A DNA stretch of 64,000 bases, taken from Candidatus Geohabitans tengchongensis. GTDB lineage: Bacteria; Sysuimicrobiota; Sysuimicrobiia; Sysuimicrobiales; Humicultoraceae. Each line of letters begins with the position of its first letter. The stretch's first letter is position 1. Of the stretch, positions 27,628 through 37,410 are shown in pieces. A model generated the notes under the pieces. The model saw only the letters and a list, made by a program, of their open reading frames with translations. It was not told where the DNA came from and made no database searches. A program made the position numbers and the translations under genes. The stretch spans positions 1 to 64,000 of the forward strand of contig JAVKIH010000008.1 in assembly GCA_031459625.1 (NCBI GenBank), written 5' to 3'.

Positions 27628-29658
27628 GTGGCGTCGCGCCTGCGGCTTCCGCTCGCCTGCCTGCTCCTGCTCCAGCTTGTTTCTGCCCCTCCGCCTGCCC
27701 GCTCCGGCGCGGCCGCCGGCTCGCAGACGGATGGAGAGCCCGCCGCCACTTACGCCCGGGGCCTGGAGTCGGCGGCGCGCGGCGAGTGGCAGGTGGCCGT
27801 CGCCGCCTTTGACGGGCTCGTGCGCGCGGGCTCGATGCTGCCCTATGCGCGGTTCCACCGCGGGAGGGCCCGGCTGGCCGTGGGCGACGTCCGCGGTGGA
27901 GCGGAGGACCTGGCGGCGGTGGCGCGGGACCAGGCTCCTCCTGCGCTCCAACGTCGCGCCCGCCTGCGCCTGGCGGAGGCTCGGCTGCGGCTGGGGCGGA
28001 CCGCGGAGGCCGCCGCAGGGCTGCGGGCGGAGGTGGCGCGTCCCGAGTACTACCCGCTCGTCGTCGACACCGCGCTGGCTCGCATGCCGGAGCGGGCTGA
28101 CCTGGCGGAGGCGTGGTGGCTGCTGGCCCGGGCCCTCCGGGGGCCGGACCAGCGTGCGGCGGCGCGGGCGGCGATGGTGGCCGGATGGGGGTTCCCCGAG
28201 CAGGCCCGCGCCCCTCAGGCCCGCCGGGCCGCCACTGCCTGGCTCGGGCGTCATCCACGCCCCGCCGACCTGCCCGCGGAGGCGCACCTGGCGCGGGCGG
28301 TGTGGCTGTGGGGACGGGGGAGCTTCGCCGAGGCGCGCACGGCCATCGTCCGTGCCGTGCGCCGCCCGCCCCGCGCGCCGGCCGCAGCGGCCCAGGCGTG
28401 GTTCGTCTGGGGCGTGCAGCACCTCGGCGCGGACCCGCGCGCGGCCGCCGGGGCGATCGCCCGTGCCGTGGCGCTGGCCGGTCGCCTGGGCATGGACCCG
28501 GGCACGGCACCCTACTGGCAGGCGCGGGCGCTGCTGCGCGGCGGCGACGAGGCCGGGGCCGCGCGGGTCGCCGAAGGGCTGCAGCGTCGCGACGCACGCC
28601 AGGCCGCGCGCATCGCCCTCGACCTCGCGCTGGCGGCGGAGCGGCGCGGCGACCTCACCACTGCCGAGCGGTGGCTGCGGGTCGCTGCGCAGGCGCGGGA
28701 GGGCCTGAACGCCGAGGAGGCGCGCTGGCGCCTGGGGTGGGTGGCGTGGCGCGCCGGGCGGTCGGAGGAGGCGCGGGCGCGCTGGGTCCAGGCCGCGCAG
28801 ACCGAGCCGCGCGTGGCCCGCGCGGCGGCCGCGCTCTACTGGGCGGCGCGGGCCACACCCGACCGCAGCGAACGCCTCCGGCTCCTCCAATCCGCCGCGC
28901 AATCCCCTCCCTGGAGCCTCTACGCGGCGCTGGCCAGGGAGCGTCTGGGACTGGGGACGACGCTGGTGCCGCCGGGCGCGCTGTCCGACAGCTCCTCCAG
29001 CCCCCCTGCGGGCAGCGCCGCCGAGCGCACGGCGCTGGCCCGTGCTCTTCTGGAGGCGCGGGCCTCCGGTGAGGCTGCGGAAGCCGCCGCCTGGGCGGGG
29101 GACCGGGTGACGCAGGCCACCGCCCTGCACGCCGCCGGCCGTCACCCCGAGGCCATCCGCATCGCCGAGGAGCTCCTCTTCGACGACCTTGCCGCACTCC
29201 ACCTGGCCTATCCCCGCCTCTTCGCGCAGGCGGTGGCGGAGGAGGCCCGGCGCGCGGGCCTGCCGGCGGCGCTCCTCTTCGCGCTCGTCCGGGAGGAGAG
29301 CCGCTTCGACGCGCAGGCGGTCTCGCCGGCGGGCGCGGTAGGCCTCACCCAGGTCACGCCGGGCACGGCGGCAGGTCTGGCCGGCCGTCCGCTCCCGGTG
29401 GACGAGCTGCTGCGCCCGGCGGTGAACCTGCGCCTGGGCGCCACCTACCTGGCCCGCCAGCTCCGCCGCTTCCGCGGGAACGAGGTGCTGGCGCTCATCG
29501 CCTACAACGCGGGGCCGGGGGTGGCGGCACGCCTGGCCCGCACCCTCCCGCTGGACGACCTCCCCGCCGCGCTCGAGACCATCCCCATCCGGGAGACCCG
29601 CGGGTACGTCTACCGGGTCTTGCAGGGCCGGCGGATCTACGCCGCCCTGGGGCGCTGA
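27628..29658 (+). CDS. Soluble lytic transglycosylase with TPR-like repeats
   Basis: REESRF, AVGLTQV, AYNAGP, ETRGYV. Confidence 0.88.
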   Translation: MASRLRLPLACLLLLQLVSAPPPARSGAAAGSQTDGEPAATYARGLESAARGEWQVAVAAFDGLVRAGSMLPYARFHRGRARLAVGDVRGGAEDLAAVARDQAPPALQRRARLRLAEARLRLGRTAEAAAGLRAEVARPEYYPLVVDTALARMPERADLAEAWWLLARALRGPDQRAAARAAMVAGWGFPEQARAPQARRAATAWLGRHPRPADLPAEAHLARAVWLWGRGSFAEARTAIVRAVRRPPRAPAAAAQAWFVWGVQHLGADPRAAAGAIARAVALAGRLGMDPGTAPYWQARALLRGGDEAGAARVAEGLQRRDARQAARIALDLALAAERRGDLTTAERWLRVAAQAREGLNAEEARWRLGWVAWRAGRSEEARARWVQAAQTEPRVARAAAALYWAARATPDRSERLRLLQSAAQSPPWSLYAALARERLGLGTTLVPPGALSDSSSSPPAGSAAERTALARALLEARASGEAAEAAAWAGDRVTQATALHAAGRHPEAIRIAEELLFDDLAALHLAYPRLFAQAVAEEARRAGLPAALLFALVREESRFDAQAVSPAGAVGLTQVTPGTAAGLAGRPLPVDELLRPAVNLRLGATYLARQLRRFRGNEVLALIAYNAGPGVAARLARTLPLDDLPAALETIPIRETRGYVYRVLQGRRIYAALGR

Positions 29659-29780
29659 CGCTCCTGGAACCCTGACGCCCCTGGAGCGCTAACGCCCTGG
29701 CGCGGTGACGCGCCCAGGAGCGCCCGACGGGCCCCGGAGCGCCGACGGGCCCCGGAAAGCGCGGACGCCGCCCGGACCTG
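29655..29780. repeat. Degenerate tandem array of about 7 units of 16-20 nt
   Basis: ctgacgctcctggaacc/ctgacgcccctggagcg/ctaacgccctggcgcg/gtgacgcgcccaggagcg/cccgacgggccccggagcg/ccgacgggccccggaaagcg/cggacgccgcccggacc. Confidence 0.55.
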
Positions 29781-29928
29781 GACGCGGTGTGACCTCCAGG
29801 CGCTAGAATGCCCGAGGCGGCCCGTTCCGGCCTCGTCCAGGGTGGTGGCGGTTGCCGTGCGCGCCGCCACCGCGGGTCGGGACGCCCACATCCGCCGGAC
29901 ACACCCGATCCCGGCACCGGAAGGAGGG

Positions 29929-30516
29929 ATGCCCGTGGCCTCGATGTCCGTCCTGGAGGCGATCCGCACCCGCCGCAGCATCGCCCGGCTGCGCCCCGAC
30001 CCCGTCCCCCGCGAGGTGGTAGAGCGGGCGCTGGACGCCGCGGTGTGGGTGCCGAACCACCGCCTCACCGAGCCCTGGCAATTCTTCGTCCTGCAGGGCG
30101 CGGCCAAGCGCCGCTTCGCGGAGATCCGCCGCGACTTCCGGCGCGCCTCCCTGCCCAACCCCGACGCCCCGGAGGCCCAGCCGGCGCTGGAGAAGCTCTA
30201 CGCGGACACGCTGGCCACCCCGCTCGTGATCGTCGTCACCGCGCACGTGGCCGAAGACCCCGAGGTGCGCGAGGAGGACTTCTGGGCCACCTTCGCGGCG
30301 ACGTACGCGCTGATGCTGGGGCTGTGGAGCGAGGGCGTGGGCAGCTACTTCCGGACGGGGCCGCTGCGCGACTACCCGCCGCTGCGGGAGCTGCTGGGCC
30401 TGCCGGCGGACCGGCGCATCACCGGCGTGCTCTACGTCGGCTACCCCGCCGACGTCCCGCAGAAGCGGCGCACGCCGGCGACGGAGAAGACGGTCTGGCT
30501 CGACGGCCAGGGGTAG
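29929..30516 (+). CDS. Nitroreductase family (YdjA-like)
   Basis: IRTRRSI, PNHRLTEPWQF, YVGYP. Confidence 0.88.
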   Translation: MPVASMSVLEAIRTRRSIARLRPDPVPREVVERALDAAVWVPNHRLTEPWQFFVLQGAAKRRFAEIRRDFRRASLPNPDAPEAQPALEKLYADTLATPLVIVVTAHVAEDPEVREEDFWATFAATYALMLGLWSEGVGSYFRTGPLRDYPPLRELLGLPADRRITGVLYVGYPADVPQKRRTPATEKTVWLDGQG

Positions 30517-30635
30517 GAGACCACCCGCCACCAGGCGGCCGGCAGGGGCGCCTGGCGGACCCGCCGAATGTCGCGAACGGTCCCGTCGGGGCCGGACGTC
30601 GCAGCCGCCCGGCAGTGGGGCCAGGGAGGGTGCGC

Positions 30636-31064
30636 GTGAGCGACACGGCCGCCTACGTGGCGTCGCTGCGGAAGGTCCCGCTCTTCGCCGGGCTCACCGC
30701 GGAGGAGCTGAGCCTCATCGCCCGCTCGGTGAAGGAGCGGGTCTACGAGCCCGGGGCCGTCATCGTCCGCCAGGGGGACCCGGGGGTGGGGTTCTACCTC
30801 ATCGTCGACGGGCGGGTCGAGGTCACCCACGACGGCCACCGCATCCGGGAGCTGGGCCCGGGGGAGTTCTTCGGGGAGATGGCCCTCATGGAGGAGCGCG
30901 CCCGCACGGCCACGGTCACGGCGCGGGAGCGCACCCGCTGCCTGCAGCTGGTCCGCTGGGACTTCCGCGCTCTGCTGAAGGAGCACCCCGACCTGGCGGT
31001 GCGCCTGCTGGAAGTGGTGGTCCGGCGCCTCCGGGAGCACCCCCTCTCGCGCGAGCAGGAGTAG
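30636..31064 (+). CDS. Stand-alone cyclic-nucleotide-binding domain protein
   Basis: GEFFGEMAL..RARTATV. Confidence 0.88.
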   Translation: MSDTAAYVASLRKVPLFAGLTAEELSLIARSVKERVYEPGAVIVRQGDPGVGFYLIVDGRVEVTHDGHRIRELGPGEFFGEMALMEERARTATVTARERTRCLQLVRWDFRALLKEHPDLAVRLLEVVVRRLREHPLSREQE

Positions 31065-31113
31065 CCCCGCCGACCCGCGCCCTCACGCCACGTCGGGTCG
31101 GCTCACGCACCAT

Positions 31114-31142
31114 TTGACGAGCTCCGCGCGGTTCGCTACCAT
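31114..31142 (+). promoter_or_regulatory. Sigma70-like promoter of the IclR operon
   Basis: TTGACG-N17-TACCAT. Confidence 0.6.
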
Positions 31143-31169
31143 ACTCCAAATTCAGAATCCTCTTCCGCC

Positions 31170-32021
31170 ATGCGAAATGGACACCCGGCCCCGCGACTGA
31201 ACGGCGCTCGCGCCCTGGAGAAGGGCGTGCGCCTCCTCCTGCTCCTGGCGTCCCGCGACGGCCCGCAGCCCCTCTCCGCGCTGGCCCTCCGCGGCGGGCT
31301 CCCGCCCAGTACGGCCCACCGCCTGCTGGCCACCCTGGTCCGCCTGGGCGTCGTGGAGCAGGAGCCGGAGACGCGGCGCTACCGGATCGGTCCGCGCACG
31401 GTGGCCTTCGCCGCCGACGTCCTGCAGCAGACCGACCTGACGCGGGAGGCGGCGCCGGTCCTCCACGCGTACGTGCGGGAGACCGGCGAGGCGATCTCCC
31501 TGGCCACCCTGCAGGAGGGCGAGGTGGTGCTCCTGGAGCAGGTCCGCGGCGTGGACGCCCCGCGCCTCTTCCTGCACATCGGCCGCCGGGCCCCGCTCCA
31601 CAGCACGGCGCTCGGCAAGGTGCTGGCCGCCGGCCTGCCCGACGAGGAGGTGCGGCGGCTCCTCGGTCAGCGCGGGATGGCCCGGCTGACCCCGCGCACG
31701 ATCACCTCGCCGCGGCGCTTCCTGGAGCACCTGGCAGAGGTGCGCCACCTCGGCTACGCCCTCGACGACGAGGAGACGGTGCAGGGCGCCCGCTGCCTGG
31801 CCGTCCCCGTCCGCGACCACCGCGGGCGCGTCGTGGCCGCACTCAGCAGTTCCGGGTCGACCGGCGCCTGGAGCGCCGGGCACATGGCCGCCGTGCGCGA
31901 GGCCCTGGTACGCGCCGGCAGCCGCCTGTCCGCGCGGCTCGGCTATCGCCCTGACGGCGTCGCCGCCGCGGGCGCGCGCGTGCCGGCCGGACCGCCGGGC
32001 CCGGGAAGGGAGGGACGATAG
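31170..32021 (+). CDS. IclR family transcriptional regulator
   Basis: HTH LPPSTAHRLL; PLHSTALGK; GYALDDEE. Confidence 0.92.
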   Translation: MRNGHPAPRLNGARALEKGVRLLLLLASRDGPQPLSALALRGGLPPSTAHRLLATLVRLGVVEQEPETRRYRIGPRTVAFAADVLQQTDLTREAAPVLHAYVRETGEAISLATLQEGEVVLLEQVRGVDAPRLFLHIGRRAPLHSTALGKVLAAGLPDEEVRRLLGQRGMARLTPRTITSPRRFLEHLAEVRHLGYALDDEETVQGARCLAVPVRDHRGRVVAALSSSGSTGAWSAGHMAAVREALVRAGSRLSARLGYRPDGVAAAGARVPAGPPGPGREGR

Positions 32022-33095
32022 ATGGCTCGAGTCACATCCACCACCCTCTGGCGGGGAGCCGCCCTGTGCCTGGTCGGCGTCCTCCTCCTCGGCCTGCTGG
32101 TCCTGCCGGCGGCGGTCGCGGCGCCCCGCGTGCGGCTCACGATGTTCATCTGGGCCGGCGCCAACCAGGGCGTGGTCCCCCGCGAGGTGGTCGCCCGCTA
32201 CGTGCGGACCCACCCGCACGTCGAGGTGGAGTTCTGGGAGTCCAACAACACGGTGACCTACCCGCGCATGGTGGCGGCCAAGCAGGCCAACCCCAACAAC
32301 CCGCTGATCCACTTCGGCTACTTCAACGTCGACGCCAGCAGCCGCGGGGACGTGGACGACATGTGGCTGCCGCTCGACCCGGCGCGCATCCCCAACATGC
32401 GGGCGGTGCACGCCAGCCTGCGGCGCCCCGGGAACCGGGGCATCGGCTACGGGATCAGCGCCCTCGGGCTGATGTACAACAAGGACCTGGTCAAGGACCC
32501 GCCCGACTCGTGGACCGCCCTGTGGGACCCGAAGTGGCGGGGCAAGGTCACCTTCTTCGACAACAACTTCTTCCCCCTGGTGCTGGCGGCGCGGCTCAAC
32601 GGCGGCTCCGAGCGGAACATCGACCCCGGGTTCCGGATCTGGGCCGAGAACGCCAAGAACATCCGTGCCCTGGTGACCAGCAACGACCAGCTGAAGAACA
32701 TGCTGGTGAGCGGCGAGGCCCTCCTGGCCCCCTGGTTCACCAGCATCTGGGCCTTCTGGGCGGCGGAGGGGGCCCCCCTCGGCTTCGTCAACCCCAAGGA
32801 GGGTGTGATCGCCTTCCCCATCTACCTCCAGATCGTCAAGGGCAGCACCCCCGAGCAGGTGCGGGTGGCCGAGGAGATCATCAACGAGCTGCTCGCCACC
32901 GAGAACAACGCCCGCTACGCCCGGCTGACCTACAGCATCCCGGCGATCCCCGGGGCGCCGCTGTCGCCGACCGTGGAGAAGATCCTCAACCCCCGCCTGC
33001 TCGACACGGCCATCTGGCTCGACTGGGCGACCATGGCGCAGCAGGCCAGCGTGTGGCGGCAGCGCTGGGAGCGCGAGGTGAAGTCCCGGCTGTAG
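32022..33095 (+). CDS. ABC substrate-binding protein (PotD/PotF-like)
   Basis: Signal peptide; PPDSWTALWDPKWRGK; PKEG. Confidence 0.85.
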   Translation: MARVTSTTLWRGAALCLVGVLLLGLLVLPAAVAAPRVRLTMFIWAGANQGVVPREVVARYVRTHPHVEVEFWESNNTVTYPRMVAAKQANPNNPLIHFGYFNVDASSRGDVDDMWLPLDPARIPNMRAVHASLRRPGNRGIGYGISALGLMYNKDLVKDPPDSWTALWDPKWRGKVTFFDNNFFPLVLAARLNGGSERNIDPGFRIWAENAKNIRALVTSNDQLKNMLVSGEALLAPWFTSIWAFWAAEGAPLGFVNPKEGVIAFPIYLQIVKGSTPEQVRVAEEIINELLATENNARYARLTYSIPAIPGAPLSPTVEKILNPRLLDTAIWLDWATMAQQASVWRQRWEREVKSRL

Positions 33096-33179
33096 GCCGG
33101 CGGAGGCAGGGCGCCGCGCCCGGGGGCGCGGTGGGGAAGCAGAGCGCCGCGCCCCCGGGGGCGCGGCGGGGAGGCAGGC

Positions 33180-34379
33180 GTGGACGCACAGGGAGCGGGA
33201 GTCCCGGCCGTCGAGGTGCGGGGGGTCACCAAGCGCTTCGGCGCCCTGGTGGCCGTGTGCGAGGTCTCGTTCGCCGTGGCCGAGGGGGAGTTCTTCTCCC
33301 TGCTGGGGCCCTCCGGGTGCGGCAAGACGACCACCCTGCGCCTCATCGGCGGGTTCGAGCTGCCCGACGCCGGCGAGGTCTGCATCGGCGGCCGGCCCAT
33401 GGGCCGGACCCCGCCCAACCGCCGGGAGACGAACATGGTCTTCCAGCGCCTGGCCCTCTTCCCCCACTACACGGTCTACGAGAACGTCGCCTTTGGCCTG
33501 CGGATGCGGCGGGTCCCCGAGCGGGAGGTGCGGCGGCGGGTGGGCGAGGCGCTGGAGCTCGTGCGCCTGGAGGGGCTGGGGCCCCGCCGGGTGACGGAGC
33601 TCTCCGGCGGCCAGCAGCAGCGCGTGGCGCTGGCCCGCGCCCTCGTGACCCGCCCGCGCGTCCTCCTGCTGGACGAACCCCTCAGCTCGCTCGACCTCAA
33701 GCTGCGCCTGCAGATGCAGGAGGAGCTCAAGCGCCTGCAGCGCGAGGTGGGCACGACGTTCATCTACGTCACCCACGACCAGGGCGAGGCGCTGGCGATG
33801 AGCGACCGCGTCGGGGTCATGGCCGGCGGTCGCCTCTACCAGGTGGGCGACCCCCTGGAGATCTACGAGCGCCCCCGCACGCGCTTCGTCGCCGGCTTCA
33901 TCGGGGATGCCAACCTCCTGGACGGTGTCGTGGAGGCGCTGGGGCCGACGTGGGTGACGCTGCGCGTCGACGGGGTGCGCGTCCAGGGACGCCGCGGCGG
34001 GTGGGAGGCGGTGGGGCGACGGGCGACGCTGTGCCTGCGCCCCGAGCGCGTGCGGGTGGAGTCGCGGCCGCCGGTCGGCGGTGGCGCGCTGCGCGGCCGC
34101 GTGGAGGACCGGGCGTTCAGCGGGCACGTCGTGCGGTACCGGCTGCACGTCGGGCCGCTGCGGCTGCAGGCGACCCTGCCCTACGTGGCCGGGATGCCGC
34201 TCCACGCCCCCGGCGACGAGGTGTGGGCCACGTGGGACCCGGCGCAGGCGGTGACGGTGCCGCCCGACGATGAGGCGGGGGCGACGGTGGAGGCAGCAGG
34301 CCGGGTGCCCGGGCGCGCGGCCGCCCTGACCCGGTCCGAGGTCGCGGTGCCCGCCGCCCTGAGGGAGGGAAGGGGATGA
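33180..34379 (+). CDS. ABC ATPase (PotA-like, TOBE domain)
   Basis: GPSGCGKT, LSGGQQQR, LLDEP, YVTHDQ. Confidence 0.93.
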   Translation: MDAQGAGVPAVEVRGVTKRFGALVAVCEVSFAVAEGEFFSLLGPSGCGKTTTLRLIGGFELPDAGEVCIGGRPMGRTPPNRRETNMVFQRLALFPHYTVYENVAFGLRMRRVPEREVRRRVGEALELVRLEGLGPRRVTELSGGQQQRVALARALVTRPRVLLLDEPLSSLDLKLRLQMQEELKRLQREVGTTFIYVTHDQGEALAMSDRVGVMAGGRLYQVGDPLEIYERPRTRFVAGFIGDANLLDGVVEALGPTWVTLRVDGVRVQGRRGGWEAVGRRATLCLRPERVRVESRPPVGGGALRGRVEDRAFSGHVVRYRLHVGPLRLQATLPYVAGMPLHAPGDEVWATWDPAQAVTVPPDDEAGATVEAAGRVPGRAAALTRSEVAVPAALREGRG

Positions 34380-35362
34380 GGCGCACGCTGGACGTGGGCG
34401 GCGTCGCCGCCCTGCCGGGCACGCGCGCCCTGGGGGATGTCGTGGCCGGCGAGCTGCCGGACGGCACCCCGGTGCGGTTGCCGCTCCTGGTGCTCAACGG
34501 CGCCGACGACGGGCCGATCCTCTGGCTGGGCGCGGGCCTCCACGGCACGGAGGTCCCGGGCATGGAGGTGATCCGGCGGGTCGTGCGGGAGGCGGTCGAC
34601 CCCGCCCGGCTGCGGGGCGCGGTCGTGGCCGCCCCGCTGCTCAACCCCTTCAGCTTCCACCAGCACCAGATGCTCACCCCCCAGGACGGCTACAACCTCA
34701 ACCGCGTCTTCCCCGGCGACCCCGAGATGCTCCTCAGCCACCGGCTCGCCGCCCTCATCGCCCGGCTGGCGGCGGGGTGCGACGCCTACCTGGACTTCCA
34801 CGCCAACCCCACCCCGGCGATGGAGTTCAGCATCATCCGCCATCCCGGCGACGAGGCGCTCTGGCGGCGCAGCCGCGCCCTGGCGGAGGCGTTCGGGATC
34901 ACCACCATCGAGATGGCCCCCGTGCACGAGCGCCACCGCACCGGGACCTTCACCGACATGGTGCAGGGGTGGGGGAAGCCCTGCCTGGTGCTGGAGCTGC
35001 TGGCCTGGCGGCGCGTGGACCCGCGCTCGCTCCAGACCGGCGTGCGCGGCACGCTCAACGTCATGCGCCACCTGGGGATGCTCGACGGCGCGCCGGAGCC
35101 GCAGGTGGACGTTCCGGTGATCCCCGGCCCCCTCTCCCGGATCGAGCTCACCGCCAACCGGGGCGGGCTGGTCCACCCCCTGCGGGACCCGGGGACGGCG
35201 GTGCGCGAGGGCGAGGTCATCGGGCTGATCCGGAATCCCTGGGGGGACGTGGTGGAGGAGGTTTGCAGCCCGCGGGACGGCTGGATTCTCGCCTGGCCAC
35301 TGCTGGGGACCCAGGCGGTGGCCACCGGCGACATCCTCACCTTCATCGCCTTCCGGCCGTGA
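34376..35362 (+). CDS. Succinylglutamate desuccinylase/aspartoacylase (M14) family
   Basis: HGTE, NLNRVFPG, DFH, C-terminal biotinyl-like hairpin. Confidence 0.88.
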   Translation: MRRTLDVGGVAALPGTRALGDVVAGELPDGTPVRLPLLVLNGADDGPILWLGAGLHGTEVPGMEVIRRVVREAVDPARLRGAVVAAPLLNPFSFHQHQMLTPQDGYNLNRVFPGDPEMLLSHRLAALIARLAAGCDAYLDFHANPTPAMEFSIIRHPGDEALWRRSRALAEAFGITTIEMAPVHERHRTGTFTDMVQGWGKPCLVLELLAWRRVDPRSLQTGVRGTLNVMRHLGMLDGAPEPQVDVPVIPGPLSRIELTANRGGLVHPLRDPGTAVREGEVIGLIRNPWGDVVEEVCSPRDGWILAWPLLGTQAVATGDILTFIAFRP

Positions 35363-35403
35363 GGGGCTGAGGCGGTCTCCCGGCCGTGAGGGGCTGAGGC
35401 GGT
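35353..35403. repeat. Direct repeat, 24 bp x2 (period 27), duplicating the gene end
   Basis: ccggccgtgaggggctgaggcggt at 35353 and 35380. Confidence 0.8.
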
Positions 35404-35424
35404 GTCCGGGGTGGCAGGCGCGCG

Positions 35425-36273
35425 ATGAGGCTCCGGGGGCCCCTGGCGATGGCGTTCCTCGCCCCGGCGCTGCTCGTCATGGCCGGGCTCTACGCCGTGC
35501 CGCTGGGCGTCTACCTGGTGAACAGCTTCCATCGCTTCGAGGCCGGGCGGATCCTCCCGGGCTGGACGTGGGAGACCTACGCGGCGTTCTTCACCGACCC
35601 GTTCGCCTATCGGGTCATCGGCCAGTCCCTCCGCCTGGCCGTCCTGGTCACGGGGCTGGCTCTGCTGCTGGGCTACCCGCTCGCCTACGCGCTGCACACC
35701 CGGGTGCGCCGCCCGGGCAGCCGCGCGGCGGTGGCGCTCCTCCTCTTCTCGCCGCTGGTGGTCAGCGTCGTGGTCCGGACCTACGGGTGGTTCATCCTCC
35801 TGGCCACCCGGGGGCTGGTGAACACGGCGCTGCGGGCGTCGGGCCTGGTCGACACGCCCCTGCCGCTGCTGTTCAACCTGCGCGGCGTGGTGGTCAGCCT
35901 GACCCACATCCTGCTGCCGTTTGCCGTCTTCCCCATCTACAGCGTGCTGGTCCGGCTGGACACCACGCTGAAGGACGCCGCCCGCGACCTGGGCGCCGGC
36001 CCCTGGGCGACCTTCACGCACATCACGCTGCCCCTGACCATGCCGGGGGTCGTCGCCGCGGCGTTGATCTGCTTCACGCTGGCCCTCAGCAGCTTCGTGA
36101 CGCCGCAGCTGCTGGGCGGGGGGCGCGTCCAGGTCCTGCCGCTCGTGGTCTACCAGAGCACGGTGGAGATCAACTGGCCGCTGGGAGCCGTGGCCGGCCT
36201 CACCCTGCTCGTCCTGTCCCTCGCCGCCGTCTGGACCCTCAACGGCCTGCTGCGACGGCTGCCGAGCGTGTGA
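35425..36273 (+). CDS. ABC permease (PotB-like)
   Basis: SVVVRTYGW, DAARDLGA, FVTPQLLGG. Confidence 0.9.
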   Translation: MRLRGPLAMAFLAPALLVMAGLYAVPLGVYLVNSFHRFEAGRILPGWTWETYAAFFTDPFAYRVIGQSLRLAVLVTGLALLLGYPLAYALHTRVRRPGSRAAVALLLFSPLVVSVVVRTYGWFILLATRGLVNTALRASGLVDTPLPLLFNLRGVVVSLTHILLPFAVFPIYSVLVRLDTTLKDAARDLGAGPWATFTHITLPLTMPGVVAAALICFTLALSSFVTPQLLGGGRVQVLPLVVYQSTVEINWPLGAVAGLTLLVLSLAAVWTLNGLLRRLPSV

Positions 36274-36292
36274 GGGCCGGGAGGTACCGGGG

Positions 36293-37141
36293 ATGAGCGT
36301 GCTGGCGCAGGACCTGCGGGCGGCGTCCCGGGAGGAGCGCGCCGAGGCGGTGCGCACGCTGGTGCTCCGGGCGGGCCTGGCCCTGGGCGTCGGGTTCGTC
36401 CTCCTGCCGCTGGCGATCGTGGTCGTCTACTCCTTCAGCAGCGTCGCCTACGGGGTCTTCCCGCCGCCGGGGCTGTCGCTCCGCTGGTACGGCCACCTCC
36501 TCGCCCAGGAGGCGTTCCGGGGCGCTTTCCTGCGCAGCGTGGGGATCGGGGTGTGCGCCACCGCGCTCGCCCTGGCCGTGGGGCTGCCCGCCGCCGTCGT
36601 GCTGGTGCGGGCGCGCTTCCCCGGCCGCGACCTGCTGCGTGCCTTCCTCCTCTCGCCCATCGTCATGCCGAAGATCGTGCTCGGGGTGGGGTGGTTCATC
36701 TTCTTCGCCCGTCTGGGGCTGGAGGGGGGCGTGGGCCCCCTCGTCCTCGCCCACACCGTCGTCGTGCTGCCCTTCGTGGTGACGATCCTAGCGGCGAACC
36801 TGGTGGGGTTGGACCCCTCGGTGGAGGAGGCGGCCCAGGACCTGGGGGCGGGGGTGGCGACGGTGCTGTGGCGCATCGTCCTCCCGCAGATCCGCCCGGG
36901 GGTGGCGGTGAGCGCCGTGCTCGCCTTCATCGTCTCCTTCGATCAGGTGGAGAGCTCGATCTTCTTGACCCGCGGCGCCAACAACACGCTGCCGGTCGAG
37001 ATGTTCCTCTACATGGAGAAGTGGCAGGACCCGACCATCGCTGCGCTCTCCACGGTGCTGATCGGGTTCGCTGCGGCCCTGGTGGCGGCGGGCCTGGTCC
37101 TGGCGCGAGGCGCCGACCTGCGCCGGCTGCTGGGGCGCTGA
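36293..37141 (+). CDS. ABC permease (PotC-like)
   Basis: SLRWY, EEAAQDLGA, SFDQ, TLPV. Confidence 0.9.
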   Translation: MSVLAQDLRAASREERAEAVRTLVLRAGLALGVGFVLLPLAIVVVYSFSSVAYGVFPPPGLSLRWYGHLLAQEAFRGAFLRSVGIGVCATALALAVGLPAAVVLVRARFPGRDLLRAFLLSPIVMPKIVLGVGWFIFFARLGLEGGVGPLVLAHTVVVLPFVVTILAANLVGLDPSVEEAAQDLGAGVATVLWRIVLPQIRPGVAVSAVLAFIVSFDQVESSIFLTRGANNTLPVEMFLYMEKWQDPTIAALSTVLIGFAAALVAAGLVLARGADLRRLLGR

Positions 37142-37177
37142 CGGGGCACGCGGGCGGTGGGCGCGAACGAGGGGACG

Positions 37178-37410
37178 ATGCCCGGGCGCACGGTGGAGTG
37201 GTTGGAGGTGAGCCGGCTCGCCAGTGGGATGCTCCTGCGCGTCCCGGTCTGGACGGTCCGGGGCACGGGCGCCGGGCCCGCCCTGGGCGTAACGGCGGCC
37301 ATCCATGGCGATGAGATCGTCGGCATCGAGGTGGTCCGCCGCCTGCTCGACCGCCTGGAGCGGACGCCCTTCCGGGGGATGGTCCGGGCGGTGCCGGTGG
37401 CAACCCGCTG
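37178..37410 (+). pseudogene. 5' fragment of a second M14 desuccinylase/deacylase
   Basis: GPALGVTAAIHGDEIVG..VPVA(NP); similarity ends at about 37410. Confidence 0.75.

Noticed and set aside
29655..29780. Possible CRISPR array
   Set aside because: The units are contiguous and degenerate, with no spacers and no cas genes.
31152..34205. Very long antisense/alternate-frame ORFs (e.g. 1017 aa here, 686-3121, 39588-42257, 54989-57514)
   Set aside because: These are shadow ORFs expected from extreme GC3 bias; they overlap well-supported genes and lack motifs.
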